Positions 9,309 to 22,100 of a DNA stretch of 64,000 bases are shown here, in pieces (position 1 is the stretch's first letter; every line of letters starts with the position of its first letter). Source of the DNA: Macrostomum hystrix. Lineage: Eukaryota; Animalia; Platyhelminthes. A program made the translations under genes and the position numbers. The stretch spans positions 1,426,001-1,490,000 of the forward strand of contig CATNEN010000024.1 of the NCBI GenBank assembly GCA_950097015.1. Direction: 5' to 3'. A model generated the notes under the pieces. It saw only the letters and a list, made by a program, of their open reading frames with translations, was not told the origin of the DNA and made no database searches.

Positions 9309-9605
9309 CCATAGTCAGGAAGGTGGCCTCTGAGGGGGAAATTCCCATGCACACAAAGGGTCTTGGCACACATTGGCGCACACAAAGGGTCTTGGAGCAT
9401 ATTGCTGCACAAGCGTGGCACACAGAAAGGGTCTCGGGTAAACATAGGGTGCTTTTCTGTGTAGAGTCAGGGTTAGGGGACAGAAACATTGCATAGATGG
9501 CGCACAGATGGCACATAGACGGTGCACAGACAGTGCACAGACGGCGCACAGATTGTCCCTCTAAAATTTATTTTGGTGCATGCTGTGCCATCTTCCTGAC
9601 TATGG
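9309..9605. mobile_element. Second MITE, about 297 bp
   Basis: TIR CCATAGTCAGGAAG(G/A)TGGC at both ends. The flanking direct repeat is GATCTATC (9301-9308 and 9606-9613), or alternatively CCC...GGG ends with a 6-bp ATCTAT TSD. Internal short repeats (gcacacaaagggtcttgg; gcacaga) are present. Confidence 0.8.
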
Positions 9606-11312
9606 GATCTATCCAGATTTGGATTTCAGCTATTAACTCATAGTTAATGCCGATAGCATTATTAAGGATAAAAAAATGGATGACACACTGGTTGTGGTAA
9701 GATTACTACATGTCTGGGAACCTTTCAGGTTGCAGCTCATGCATGCAAGAATGCATCACTCCAGGTACTAAATAAAATAAAACCCAAAATCTACAAAATT
9801 ATGAGTAAGAGTGTCAGCTTAGTCTAGGCCTACCAAAAGCTTTTTGACCTGAAATCAAAACTAGAAAGAAATTTCAAAAAAACCACAGAAATCTGGGTAC
9901 TTGGAATGACATAAATATCTTATACCTTTAACAGTTAAATTTTTTAAGTCAAACAGAAAGGACAATTTACTAATGAATTTGCTTCAATAATATTTTGCTT
10001 AAAAAGTTCATAACTGATTACACAACTCCATTCTCAATAGGCAGCAAAGAGCTATTGTAATGTATTTTTTATGTTTTCATTAATATAGTTGCATTATCTA
10101 TCAAATGTATTTACAGACCCAAATTCAATGAATTCAACGACCGTGGTACATGACACATAACACGTGTGAAAATTCCTAGAATGACAGGCTCATACTGTAG
10201 ACAGATAATTTAATTTTAGGTAATTGGCTTTAGTGTTGTTTAAAACAAAATATTTATTTAATAAAATATCAAGCGCAAAAACATTGGGCAACTTAAATTA
10301 TTATTATAAAAATTTATACATATATCATTTTCTATGTTTTCAAATACTTTTCACAATATCTTAAAATTTGTTTGTGATTACTTTTAATGAGGAAGTGGCT
10401 CTTCCTTAAAAAAAATTTGGCCTCATTTTCTAATTTAATTGCGATTTTTTTCTAGTGCTAGTATAGCTCTCACTTGCTTTTAGTTGGCCGCGTTTTCTAA
10501 AAGCAGAAATTAGTCATTTCTTTTCCTTCCATTCTTGTTTACGAAACGAACTTCAGAGCTGCTCTAGTGAGGCGTGAGCGAACGTGCTATTAATATTAAG
10601 ATTCGTTCACACTGCTTTTAAATAAGTAGTTATTCTTGTGAACTTCTTTTATTTTAATCGAATTTACATTTAAATAAATATGCCTTGTAGCTTATTCCAG
10701 CTTTGTTTGGTGGCTAAATAAAAACTTTATGTAGACATATCTCGAGTATATGGATTTAGAGATCCAAAATAGTATATAAAGCAATATCTAATCTCCTACT
10801 CTCTACTCTCTATGCAATAATTTTATCTCGAGAAAGCCATTATAAAGCATTTTAGCTAAAGATTCATTTATTGTTTATTCATATGTATGTACGTTCAACT
10901 TTTATGTCCTTATTTTAATATTAAGAACAAAGCATGTTAAGATTTATGCCTATCATTTGTTTTCATCAGAAGTAGCTATATTACAAGCAATTACAATGTA
11001 CTTTTTCCTTTTTTTATCCTAAATATTTCATGATCCATCTTCATTTTCATATTTTTTATGTGTTGATAGTACTGTGTACAATATTACACAAGCAAAAATT
11101 TTTTTAATTATGCAAGCAGAACCTCATGCTGAGTAAAGTGCCCCAATCTACCTACCTATCGAATTTGCTGCATAAGGAGTTACAATAACAATAACTGCTT
11201 ATTATAATTAGGAGTTACAATAATAATAATTGCTAATTATAATTAGGAGTTACAATAACTCAAATAATGCAATTTAAACTTAATTGCAGCCCAGACCTGC
11301 TTGACTGGTCAG

Positions 11313-12119
11313 ATGCAGGGCTACCAAGGTTATGAACAGCAGCCAGTCCAATATGGCTATCTGCCCCGCGACCTGCCATTTAGGTGCAGCCTACTATGCT
11401 CAGTGGTTGGCTCACTGCTCTACCTGATTGCATTTGTCACACCCAACTGGATCGAGTCTGACCCGGCTATGCACAGCACATTCACCAGGCTAGGCCTGTG
11501 GGTCTCCTGCTTCAATGGCTACATCCATCCTGAGGACTATGTGTCCAAAGCCTACTACGGCTGCTGGTATGTGTACTATCCCGAGTACTATTATATTCGG
11601 GCCTGGCTGAACCCGCCATGGTTCTACGCCATGCAGATGCTGGGCATTGTGGCCCTAATTTGCATGCTGCTGGCCACTATCATCATTAGCCGCCTGGCCT
11701 GCCGTCGCTTCATTGACAAGGAAGCTCTGCGCGAGCAGGCCGACTGGAAAATGTTGCGCATCTGCGCCATCTGCCAATCATTGGCCACTATCTGCGTCCT
11801 GCTGCAGCTGATCTTCATTGGCGTTGAAAGCCTGGACCGCAAGTGGATGCCCAAACCCGATCACAACCGCTTGGGCTATTCCTACGGCTTGGCCTGCGTG
11901 GCCGACTTTGCCAGCCTGTTCTGCGCCGCCTTCATTGTCATCCGCTACCTGGACAGGGACGAGTTGGACTACACCCTGGCCGATCAGGATGACAGCGGCC
12001 TGCCCGGCCCATCAACTGTGGCCAAGGGTCCGGGCAGTTACTTCGATCCGATAGTTGGCGGCGACATCAAAGCCAGTATGGCCCGCTCCGGCGGACCGTT
12101 TGGTGATTCCACAGTTTGA
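11313..12119 (+). CDS. Invertebrate claudin-like (PMP22/claudin superfamily, sinuous/megatrachea-like) 4-TM protein, 268 aa, single coding exon
   Basis: Contains the W-x-GLW-x-x-C loop (PNWIESD...RLGLWVSCF...GCW...EYYYIRAWLNPPWFYAMQ) and four hydrophobic segments. The C-terminal STV is a class I PDZ-binding motif. The ATG is at 11313, an upstream acceptor ttgcag ends at 11289, and AATAAA is at 12203. Confidence 0.85.
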   Translation: MQGYQGYEQQPVQYGYLPRDLPFRCSLLCSVVGSLLYLIAFVTPNWIESDPAMHSTFTRLGLWVSCFNGYIHPEDYVSKAYYGCWYVYYPEYYYIRAWLNPPWFYAMQMLGIVALICMLLATIIISRLACRRFIDKEALREQADWKMLRICAICQSLATICVLLQLIFIGVESLDRKWMPKPDHNRLGYSYGLACVADFASLFCAAFIVIRYLDRDELDYTLADQDDSGLPGPSTVAKGPGSYFDPIVGGDIKASMARSGGPFGDSTV

Positions 12120-12911
12120 AGACTTGCTAGTAATTTGAACTGGCGCAATCATTTGACACGTGCAACTACACACAAAAGACAAAATTATTTATCAAACAAT
12201 TCAATAAAAGCTTTATTACTGGATTATGTCGTGAAAAAAAAGTGTTTCATTATTATCATAGCTTGTATTGTGCAATCCGATTTTTTAATGATAACCGCCT
12301 AGTCGTTTGAACACTTGTTCTAGTTAAATAGGCGAGTTCAAAGTGCAATAAAGCCTTTTTAATAAAAGTGCAACTTGCTCTTTTTTACCAGTTGTTTTTT
12401 GTTTTTCTTTGTTTGCGCACACAAAACTATTTATTTAAACAAAAACTGTACATAACGATATTTGAAAGCAACCCCGCTGTTATTTACCTGTCAGTGTTAT
12501 TACTCACCCGATTTAAAAGCCATTTTAAACATTCCGAAATTCAATTTTAAACAAACAAGATTTTTCCATACACACTTATCCGTCTCGTGCGTGTACGACG
12601 TACGTCGTATTCTACCATCAGTCTAATAATATTCAACTACTTTAATTAGTATAAAGCAAATTTTGCGCTGTTTTTAACTCTATTGGTTGGTGTTATTTCG
12701 AACGCTATAAAAAATATACATTCCATTCCAACTTACATTCCCAAGAGGAATTTTATTAGTTCGCGCAGACTATTGGCACATTTCTATAATGAGAAATCGT
12801 TTGAAAAGCCAAAGATATCAAAGGCAAATATGCTAGCTTATTTTCTTGCTTTTAGACTGATTGCGGATTCTCGCTTGTTTTACTTCCTTTAGCCCTAGAT
12901 CTGGCCTCGTT

Positions 12912-12968
12912 CTGATTGGCAGAAAATCAGCCAGCCAATCGGCGAGCTCCTAGTTTATATCTATAAGG
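12912..12968 (+). promoter_or_regulatory. Putative promoter of the CUB gene (CCAAT and TATA-like)
   Basis: ATTGG, CCAAT and TATAAG lie about 160-210 nt upstream of the ATG at 13125. Confidence 0.3.
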
Positions 12969-13124
12969 CTTTTAGTTTCAGTTTAACACTTGCGCAGTAT
13001 GCAGGGAAGCATTCCATACACTGTGATATTAAGGCGAAAATTTGTTTCCTAAGCTAAATCAACAGAAAAGCAACAGGTGGATTTCCCAAGTTCGAGTCCC
13101 AGATTGGCTTGGCCGTAAGCCTAG

Positions 13125-16100
13125 ATGAGTCAGCGTCTGTTCGTAACATTCAGCCTAGCTGTGCTACTGTGTCTGTGCTTTCGCCTGCTCACGGCTTTCA
13201 GGTGCAACAGTAAGTACCGGGCCGACTCTAAACTGAGACTTGCCTAGCAGCTGCATGGCTGTTGCACTTTTGTCTATTAAAATTAAATAACTATGGCCGT
13301 ACAGGGAGCTTATTTCTAATTGCTTGCAGACTGGACCATTAGTGGCTTTTAGAAGACATGCAGAGTCTAATGTTAATGAAAATGATGAAATTTAGCAACG
13401 GCATTTATGGGTTAATATGAATCCAGAATCGCTGGCAGTCAGGGTGTTACATCCAGTGGTCCATGTGTTGTCTAGTAAAAATCTATTTATCAAGTTGTGC
13501 GTGCAACAGATGCTCAATCAGAAGCAAAGATCTAAAAGTACAAATTATACCTAGCCTATTGTAGAGTCCGTGGACTGTAGGCCGCAATAACTACTCGAAT
13601 TTCTTCCCCAACTACCCCACAAATTAGGGGGGCTGAGATTCGAACTCCCGACATCTCGATCAGGAGTGTAAAAGTGCAAAAAAATTGCGTCGGCACAACG
13701 CGGGGGCTGTGTTGCTGTGGCCCCCTGCTGGCACATTGGGGCACCGAGGGTTAAACGAACATTTGCCGGCTCGACACGTTTCCAGCGCGCGGTGCAAAGC
13801 TTCTAATGCTTTTCTAAAGTCTAAACGTTAAAATGGGAATTTCCGAGGCCAGCTGGCAAAGCATTGATCGGCGGCGCCCATCGCTGAATCTGTCAATACG
13901 CTGTGTTTTTAGCCCCGAGGGGAGAGGGGAGAATTTTCCCCACACGCCCCTGCGCGGGAGACACAAAGGTGCTGCGGCGCCTCTCCGGGGCCACTTAAAA
14001 GCCAGCAGAAAACCACGCAGCCCGGCGCCTTACTCGCTCTCTCTCTCGGAGGAGACTTCGGTTGAATCGATTCTCTCCAGTGAGAAGTTTTCAAGGTCGG
14101 GTGTCAATTCAAGGTTGCGGGCAATATAGCCCTGCACAATGGATGCTGAATGGTCTATAGTCCAATAACTTAGTCAGTTTGTAGTTTATTAATCCGGCAC
14201 TTACGGTCTGGGGGGCGGTGCAAATAAGGGATTTATTTTATCCCCAAGCTCTGTAAATCCTCTCGGTATTGACAAGGCTCTGAAGCCACATCTGCTTGCG
14301 TACTTCGTGTTTTATAGGGCCTATTGAGTCGATGATGACATTGAATGCATGACGACTTTGCCTAAATTGATTTAAACCACGCAGAAAATAGTTCTCATGC
14401 GTGTTTTGCTTTCTGTATGATTCATCAACAAACTCCCTGAGTATATTATTGACTCATATTAGCTAGTGGCCTATTAGCAGTTCAGAGCCCCAAAAGCCGT
14501 CCTACTGTCTACCAAACCCATCATGACAGCCAGGGCTGACACAATCATCAGCAATGTCAGCCGGACTGGCGTGCTGAAGTCGCCAAACTTTGGCCAGCAG
14601 GCGGGCTATCCAAGAGGCGCCTGTTTTGTCTACAGCCTGCTGGCCGGCCAAGACCAACTAGTTCTGCTGCGGCTGCGGCACTTCCATGTGGGATCACCGC
14701 CTTCCGCTGCCAACAAGGGGTGCGAACTGGTGTACTGGACATACACTCTCTCCCACTGCCCTTCACACTAGCCTGCACTCTCCTCCACTGCCCTTCACAC
14801 TAGCCTGCACTCTCCTCCACTGCCCTTCACACTAGCCTGCACTCTCCCCCACTGCCCTTCACTCTACCCTGCACTCTCCTCCACTGCCCTTCACACTAGC
14901 CTGCACTCTCCTCCACTGCCTTTCACACTAGCCTGCACTCTCCTCCACTGCCCTTCACTCTACCCTGCAGTCTCCCCCACTGCCCTTAAACCTAACCTGT
15001 CCTCCCCCCTACTGCCGCCATTCACCCAATGTACTTTTAGGGTGACATTTTGTCTCAATTGAAATCCGCTCAGTCTCAACCTCACCCCAGCGCAGGTGTG
15101 ACTCAGATTTTGTCGACTTCTACGTGGAGTCTTTCTATCTTCGCCGACTGTGCGGCAATCTCAGCGGCGGCCAGCTGCGCGGCATTTCGAATGTCACATT
15201 CGTGCTGTACTCGGCGCGCGGCGACAGTCCAGGAGCCAGTCATCGGCAAGGATTCCGGATCGCCTACGAGTTCCAGTACAGAGGTGGGTGGCCTGATGAA
15301 ATTGGGTTGACTCTGTTCTAGGAAGGATTTAAGAACTTGTCTTCTTGAAAAAATGTCTTTTGATTTTCTTTCAGCAAGTACCAGGTTTCAGATTCAGCTT
15401 GATTTCACTTTAGTATCGATCAGGGGCATAAATCAAGACTCAAGAGTCAAGACTGAGAATGATCTTTTAAAAGTCGCTAGTTATTTCTGTACTTTTACAG
15501 ATTTCTATCGTCACATTGATCGTGCCCCATATAGGATTTCGCAGAGATTTCAAAGTGAGCGTTGAGGACACGGGAATATTATTCTATATTTTTTGCCCAG
15601 GTCCCACATTTGCCCAGGTGCCAGAATGAATAGTGTCAGACTGAATAGTGTCAGACTGAATAGTGTCAGACTGAATAGTGTCAGACTGAATAGTGTCAGA
15701 CTGAATAGTATTAGACTGAATAATGTCAGACTGAATAGTGTCAGACTGAATAGTGTCAGACTGAATAGTGTCAGACTGAATAGTGTCAGACTGAATAGTG
15801 TCAGACTGAATAGTGTCAGACTGAATAGTGTCAGACTGAATAGTGTCAGACTGAATAGTGTCAGACTGAATAGTGTCAGACTGAATAGTGTCAGACTGAA
15901 TAGTGTCAGACTGAATAGTGTCAGACTGAATAGTGTCAGACTGAATAGTGTCAGACTGAATAGTGTCAGACTGAATAGTGTCAGACTGAATAGTGTCAGA
16001 CTGAATAGTGTCAGACTGAATAGTGTCAGACTGAATAGTCTCAGACTGAAGAGTGTCAGATTAAACTGAGGGATTAGAAATTACTGATTCGCCTTTCTGC

Positions 16101-19100
16101 ACTCCGAACCCCTTTCCACAGTCGGCTGTGGGGTGACAAAGTTCCGAAGCTCTGACCAGTTGTCGGGCTGGTTGAGCTCGCCTGGCTACAGCAGCGGCGA
16201 CGGCTACTCGCCTCTGACCGACTGCGTCTACGAGCTGATTGGCACCGATGACCAGCGGGTCGTCATCGACTTCTCCGACTTGCACCTGGCGCCGTCAACC
16301 CTGTGAGTGATGGGCGCAATTGCCGGGGTGAGACTGGGGTGAGACTGGGGTGAGACTGGGGTGAAACTTGAGTGAGACTTAAGTGAGACTGGATTGAGAC
16401 TTAGGTGAGACTTGAGTGAGACTGGATTGAGACTTAGGTGAGACTTGAGTGAGACTGGATTGAGACTTAGGTGAGACTTGAGTGAGACTGGATTGAGACT
16501 TAGGTGAGACTTGAGTGAGACTGGATTGAGACTTAGGTGAGACTTAAGTGAGACTGGATTGAGACTTAGGTGAGACTTGAGTGAGACTGGATTGAGACTT
16601 AGGTGAGACTTGAGTGAGACTGGATTGAGACTTAGGTGAGACTTAAGTGAGCCTGGGTAAATTAGTAGACAAAAGCAATGTTTGCAATCTTTCTACTAAA
16701 GATAAAATCTTGGCTAGCTGCAATAGCTGCTGTATAGTTGTCGCATGCCTGGTAGAGACATTTAGTTTTCATGTCAACCTTACAACCCAGGCCTCAGCCC
16801 TTGAAGTCCAGTTCAAAGGCCAAGATCAGAGCGGGTGAAGTTTGTCCAGGGGGAGAAAGTTTTCAGTCCTGCCTGGCCAGTCGGGGCAAAAGTTAATTTG
16901 TTGAGCAATCCCGTGAACTGCTCACAAGGGGATTAGCCTGGAGGGATTCGGCACCGCAATGAGGATGCAGGCAATTGGGGATTACAGCCAAGAGGAACAA
17001 GAGAGAGAGAGAGAGATGACGAACACGGCCGCTCTGCCACGAACTGGGCGCCCGCCAGACAGCAACAGTAATGGGAGGCTCCCGTTCGCTTCGATATTTC
17101 TCCCAGGAGGAGAAAAAAATCTCGACCCTCACACTCCAAGCCTCCTTATCTTGGCAGTCACTGCGCTCGCATCAACCAGGTCTCCCGTATCTCTGGGCTT
17201 TTCCCAAAGACTTTCTCTCTCTCTCATATCTGTTGCTAGCCGGCAACAGGGTCTCAGGTTCACCTGAGGCTTGTTTGTAGCAAACAAATCATGCCGCCAT
17301 TGGCTTCCATTGAGATTCTGCTCCGCCCCATCCTTTGCCTCAGCTGCGTCAGTAGCCCGGTGAATTCTGAGTTGATGTCTGGCAGATACAATGCTCACAG
17401 GTAGCAGTTTTCGTCTCGTAAGCCTCTTCAAATTCTAAGGCGATAGGTCTTAGGCCGAGTCTGTGTGATTTTTTTATCCATCGTTGCTATAGGCGCCGTG
17501 ACAGATCGATATGACTTCAGACAGCCAGTTTTTATCCTCGCTAAACTGCTTTACGATTTGATACAGAAATTCTGCATTTATTACTATTATTAATATTATT
17601 CTTTATTTAAAACCTTTCGATAATGACTTTTGATACAATGAGCTAAACTGTTGTTTCATGTGGCCGCTTCCGCCTGCCTGACCTTCTTACTCTCACTTTC
17701 TCGATATTTCTGCCGCACGTCCTTCTTGTCGATCTCTCGTTTCAGCTCTGATAAATCTCTCCCCCTCTCTACCCCTCTCCCTCTTAAAGTGATTATTTTA
17801 AGGCTGTAAGCCAAAAACATGTTCAGGTAGACTTTATAATGTTTATAGTAGATTTGACACATTGTGGTGGTAAAATGCAGCTATATTTGTGGCAAGATGT
17901 TTTCTGCAAAACGACAACTTTTACCATTGATTTTGAAGCAGTGAGATTTTGAAGCAGTGAGATTTTGAAGCAGTGAGATTTTGAAGCAGTGAGATTTTGA
18001 AGCAGTGAGATTTTGAAGCAATGAGATTTTGAAGCAATGAGATTTTGAAGCAGTGAGATTTTGAAGCAATGAAATTTTTTAAAGCAGTGAGATTTTGAAG
18101 CAATGAGATTTTGAAGCAATGAGATTTTTAAGCAATGAGATTTTTAAGCAGTGAGATTTTAAAGCAGTGAGATTTTGAAGCAATGAGATTTTAAAGCAGT
18201 GAGATTTTGAAGCAATGAGATTTTGAAGCAATGAGATTTTGAAGCAATGAGATTTTGAAGCAATGAGATTTTAAAGCAGTGAGATTTTAAAGCAGTGAGA
18301 TTTTGAAGCAATGAGATTTAAAAGCAGTGAGATTTGGAAGCAGTGAGATTTTGAAGCAGTTAGATTTGGAAGCAGTGAGATTTTGAAGCAGTGAAATTTT
18401 TAAGCAGTGAGATTTGGAAGCAGTGAGATTTTGAAGCAGTGAGATTTTTAAGCAGTGAGATTTGGAAGCAGTGAGATTTTGAAGCAATGAGATTTTGAAG
18501 CAGTGAGATTTTGAAGCATTGAAATTTTGAAGCAGTGAGATTTGGAAGCAGTTAGATTTTGAAGCAGTGAGATTTGGAAGCAGTGAGATTTTTAAGCAGT
18601 GAGATTTTGAAGCAGTTAGATTTTGAAGCAGTGAGATTTGGAAGCAGTGAGATTTTTAAGCAATGAGATTTTGAAGCAGTTAGATTTTGAAGCAGTGAGA
18701 TTTGGAAGCAGTGAGATTTTTAAGCAATGAGATTTTGAAGCAGTTAGATTTTGAAGCAGTGAGATTTGGAAGCAGTGAGATTTGGAAGCAGTGAGATTTT
18801 AAAGCAGTGAGATTTGGAAGCAGTGAGATTTTTAAGCAGTGAGATTTGGAAGCAGTTAGATTTTGAAGCAGTGAGATTTGGAAGCAGTGAGATTTTTAAG
18901 CAGTGAGATTTTGAAACAGTTAGATTTTGAAGCAGTGAGATTTGGAAGCAGTGAGATTTTTAAGCAATGAGATTTTGAAGCAGTTAGATTTTGAAGCAGT
19001 GAGATTTGGAAGCAGTGAGATTTTTAAGCAATGAGATTTTGAAGCAGTTAGATTTGGAAGCAGTTAGATTTGGAAGCAGTTAGATTTGGAAGCAGTGAGA

Positions 19101-22100
19101 TTTGGAAGCAGTGAGATTTTGAAGCAGTTAGATTTGGAAGCAGTGAGATTTTGAAGCAGTGAAATTTTTAAGCAGTGAGATTTGGAAGCAGTGAGATTTT
19201 GAAGCAATGAGATTTTAATGCGGTGAGATTTTGAAGGAGGGAGTTTGTAAGATCGTTAAAAATTGACTACTCTATAGCTCGTATTGAGGTCATAGTATTT
19301 TACAGTGCATGTAAGACGTCGCATGACCAAACAATTGGATGGACTCAAGCAACAAGCTAGAGTGCAGAATAATAATTAGCTTTTTGATACGAGTTTTCAT
19401 TAGAGATCGCAAAGCGCACGTCAATGGACATCGCCCTGGAAATTGTGACCTAATAACTTATCGAATAAGAAAAATCCGCAAGACAATGAACTGATGGATT
19501 GAAGCGAAAGATGTGAGTTAATAAACTCAACTCACTTCTATTAGAGCACGAAATCCATCATGACTCATTGAATATGAAGTTTTATGCTATTGTGTGTCAA
19601 TGAGGATGTAATGGCAGCTCCTAAAGTATCATCATCAAGAAAGGGTCTTTAGAGCCTCGGAATACTGACCGAGACGTCGGGAGTTCGAATCTCAGCCTGA
19701 AGTAAGCGGGCGCCACTACCACAGGGGCGCCACTAACACAGGACGCCACTACAACAGGGGCGCCGCTAACACAGGGGCGCCACTACAACAGGGTCGCTAC
19801 TACCAAGGGGTAACACTACCAGGGGGCGCCACAACCACGGGGGCGCCACTACCACAGGGGTGCCACTACCACAGGGGTGCCACTACCACAGGGGTGCCAC
19901 TACCACAGGGGTGCCACTACCACAGGGGTGCCACTACCACAGGGGCGCCACTACCACAGGGGTGCCACTACCACAGGGGTGCCACTACCACAGGGGTGCC
20001 ACTACCACAGGGGCGCCACTACCACAGGGGCGCCACTACCACAGGGGCGCCACTACCACAGGGGTGCCACTACCAGGGGGCGCCACTACCACAGGGGTGC
20101 CACTACCAGGGGGCGCCACTACCACAGGGGTGCCACTACCACAGGGGCGCCACTACCACAGGGGTGCCACTACCAGGGGGCGCCACTACCACAGGGGTGC
20201 CACTACCAGGGGGCGCCACTACAATGATGCGGATGATCGCAACTTACTTCAATCGGACGTCAATTTTCAGTTGCCATGCGGACTACCTGGCCATCATCAA
20301 CGTGTTCCAGCAGCGCTGGACCCTGGCCTTGGAGCACCTGTGCGGCGAAGTCCGGCCTGGTCGGGTCATCTCGGATAGCGGCCGGGTTCGAATCCGATTT
20401 CACAGCTCGGCCATTCGCTGGGAGACATTCCGCGGCTTCCGATTGAGCTACCGGTTCATCTACGCCAGTCAGTGCTTAGCAGTAGACCACAGCGGGTATT
20501 TCAAATACCCAGTTTTCCTTTTTTTGTATCTCTTAAAACATTCAACCAATTGCCATGAAAATCCAGTACATGGGCTAAAATTTTCCGGTCTATCCGATTA
20601 AACAACTTATAGAATCACAAAACAACTTATAGAAAACTTATACACTTTTGAACCGGTCCAGCTAATTGTGGTATCCATTTAACAGCTGGGTGAACTGAAG
20701 CAATGCAGAGTTAAGTGTCTTTCTAAAAGACACAATTGTTCCAGTGGAGTCGGGAATCGAACCCTGACCTTCAAGTAGTGAGCCAGACTCTCTAACAACT
20801 AGGCAACCTAGCTTATATGAATGAGTTCAATTACAGAGACAACATCAATATACGCTGTGAAGATAAGCTTGCTTATCAGCTGACTTTACCCCAGTGTAAA
20901 ACTCAACAGACACAGCTGTTCTCATTCACGGTTCGCTTCGCCTTGAGCAGTTCGGCAAATTCTTAGTAAATTGGTTAGACCGGATTGTAAGCACGTTTCT
21001 GCTTGTGGTAGGCTGTCGCTGGCGAGAAGGGAAGCAGTGCTGCCTTAGGAAAGTCCGTTTAAAATTAATTTGGACTTTTACTTTCCGTGGTGTTTTCTTT
21101 GCGCAGCGAGATGAAGAATTACTAGCACGTGCACACTCACTGTGCCTATCAAAACTATTTACTCGTATCTGTGCACTCAGCACTGTGGTCCCAAACTTCG
21201 CAGGCGAACTCGCCAAGGCTGAGAACGAGGCGGCTGGCGACAATGCCGACTGCGGGCAGGACAGCTTCACCGGCTGGCACGGCGTCATTCGATCTCCGAG
21301 GATACCGCAAGCTGGATTGTTCAGCCCGGTGGCTGGCATCGGTGGCCGCGGCGATATCCGCTGCGCCTGGCTAATACTGGTGCCTCACGGCTGGCAGGTG
21401 GCGCTGTCCGTGTCCCGGATGTGGCTGGGCGAGGAGTGTGAGTGCCTCACCTGTGTGTGTACCTCACCTGCGTGTGTAAGTGCCTCACCTGTGTGTGTGA
21501 GTGCCTCACCTGTGTTTGTGAGTGCCTCACCTGTGTTTGTGTACCTCACCTGCGTGTGTAAGTGCCTCACCTGTGTGTGTGAGTGCCTCACCTGTGTGTG
21601 TGAGTGCCTCACCTGTGTGTGTGAGTGCCTCACCTGTGTGTGTGAGTGCCTCACCTGTGTGAGTGAGTGCCTCATCTGTGTGTGTGAGTGCCTCACCTGT
21701 GTGAGTGAGTGCCTCATCTGTGTGAGTGTTTCGCTTGTGTGAGCGCCAGACCTGTTTGTCGTGATGTATTTAACAATTTCATCGGATCAGCTCTTCTCAT
21801 ATTCCCGCTGTGCAGCGGCAGGCTCCAACGCTGCCCACCTGTCAATCTACGACGGATTTCCCCAGGCGCTGCAGCCGCCATTGGAGCGAATCTGCGGCGA
21901 ACAGCGAGCCGACAGGGAGCTGGAGGCCCGGGAGCGGCTGGTCATGAGCTCAGGATCCGTGCTCTTCATCCGGTGAGCTCAGAATCCATTGACCGCGTAC
22001 GCAGCCATGTTTTTAAAGGCTCGAAAAGCTCCGAATGTTTTTGTTTATGGCTTAACCCAATTGAGACCACATGTATTCTTTTCTTCATCGAAGATTTTTT

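Noticed and set aside
13732-13755. piggyBac-like end (...GAGGG|TTAA)
   Set aside because: No matching opposite terminal repeat was found nearby.
16640-17700. Several 60-100-aa ORFs in CUB intron 4 as a missing CUB exon
   Set aside because: No CUB motif is present, and exon 4 joins exon 5 (20271) in phase with an intact domain.
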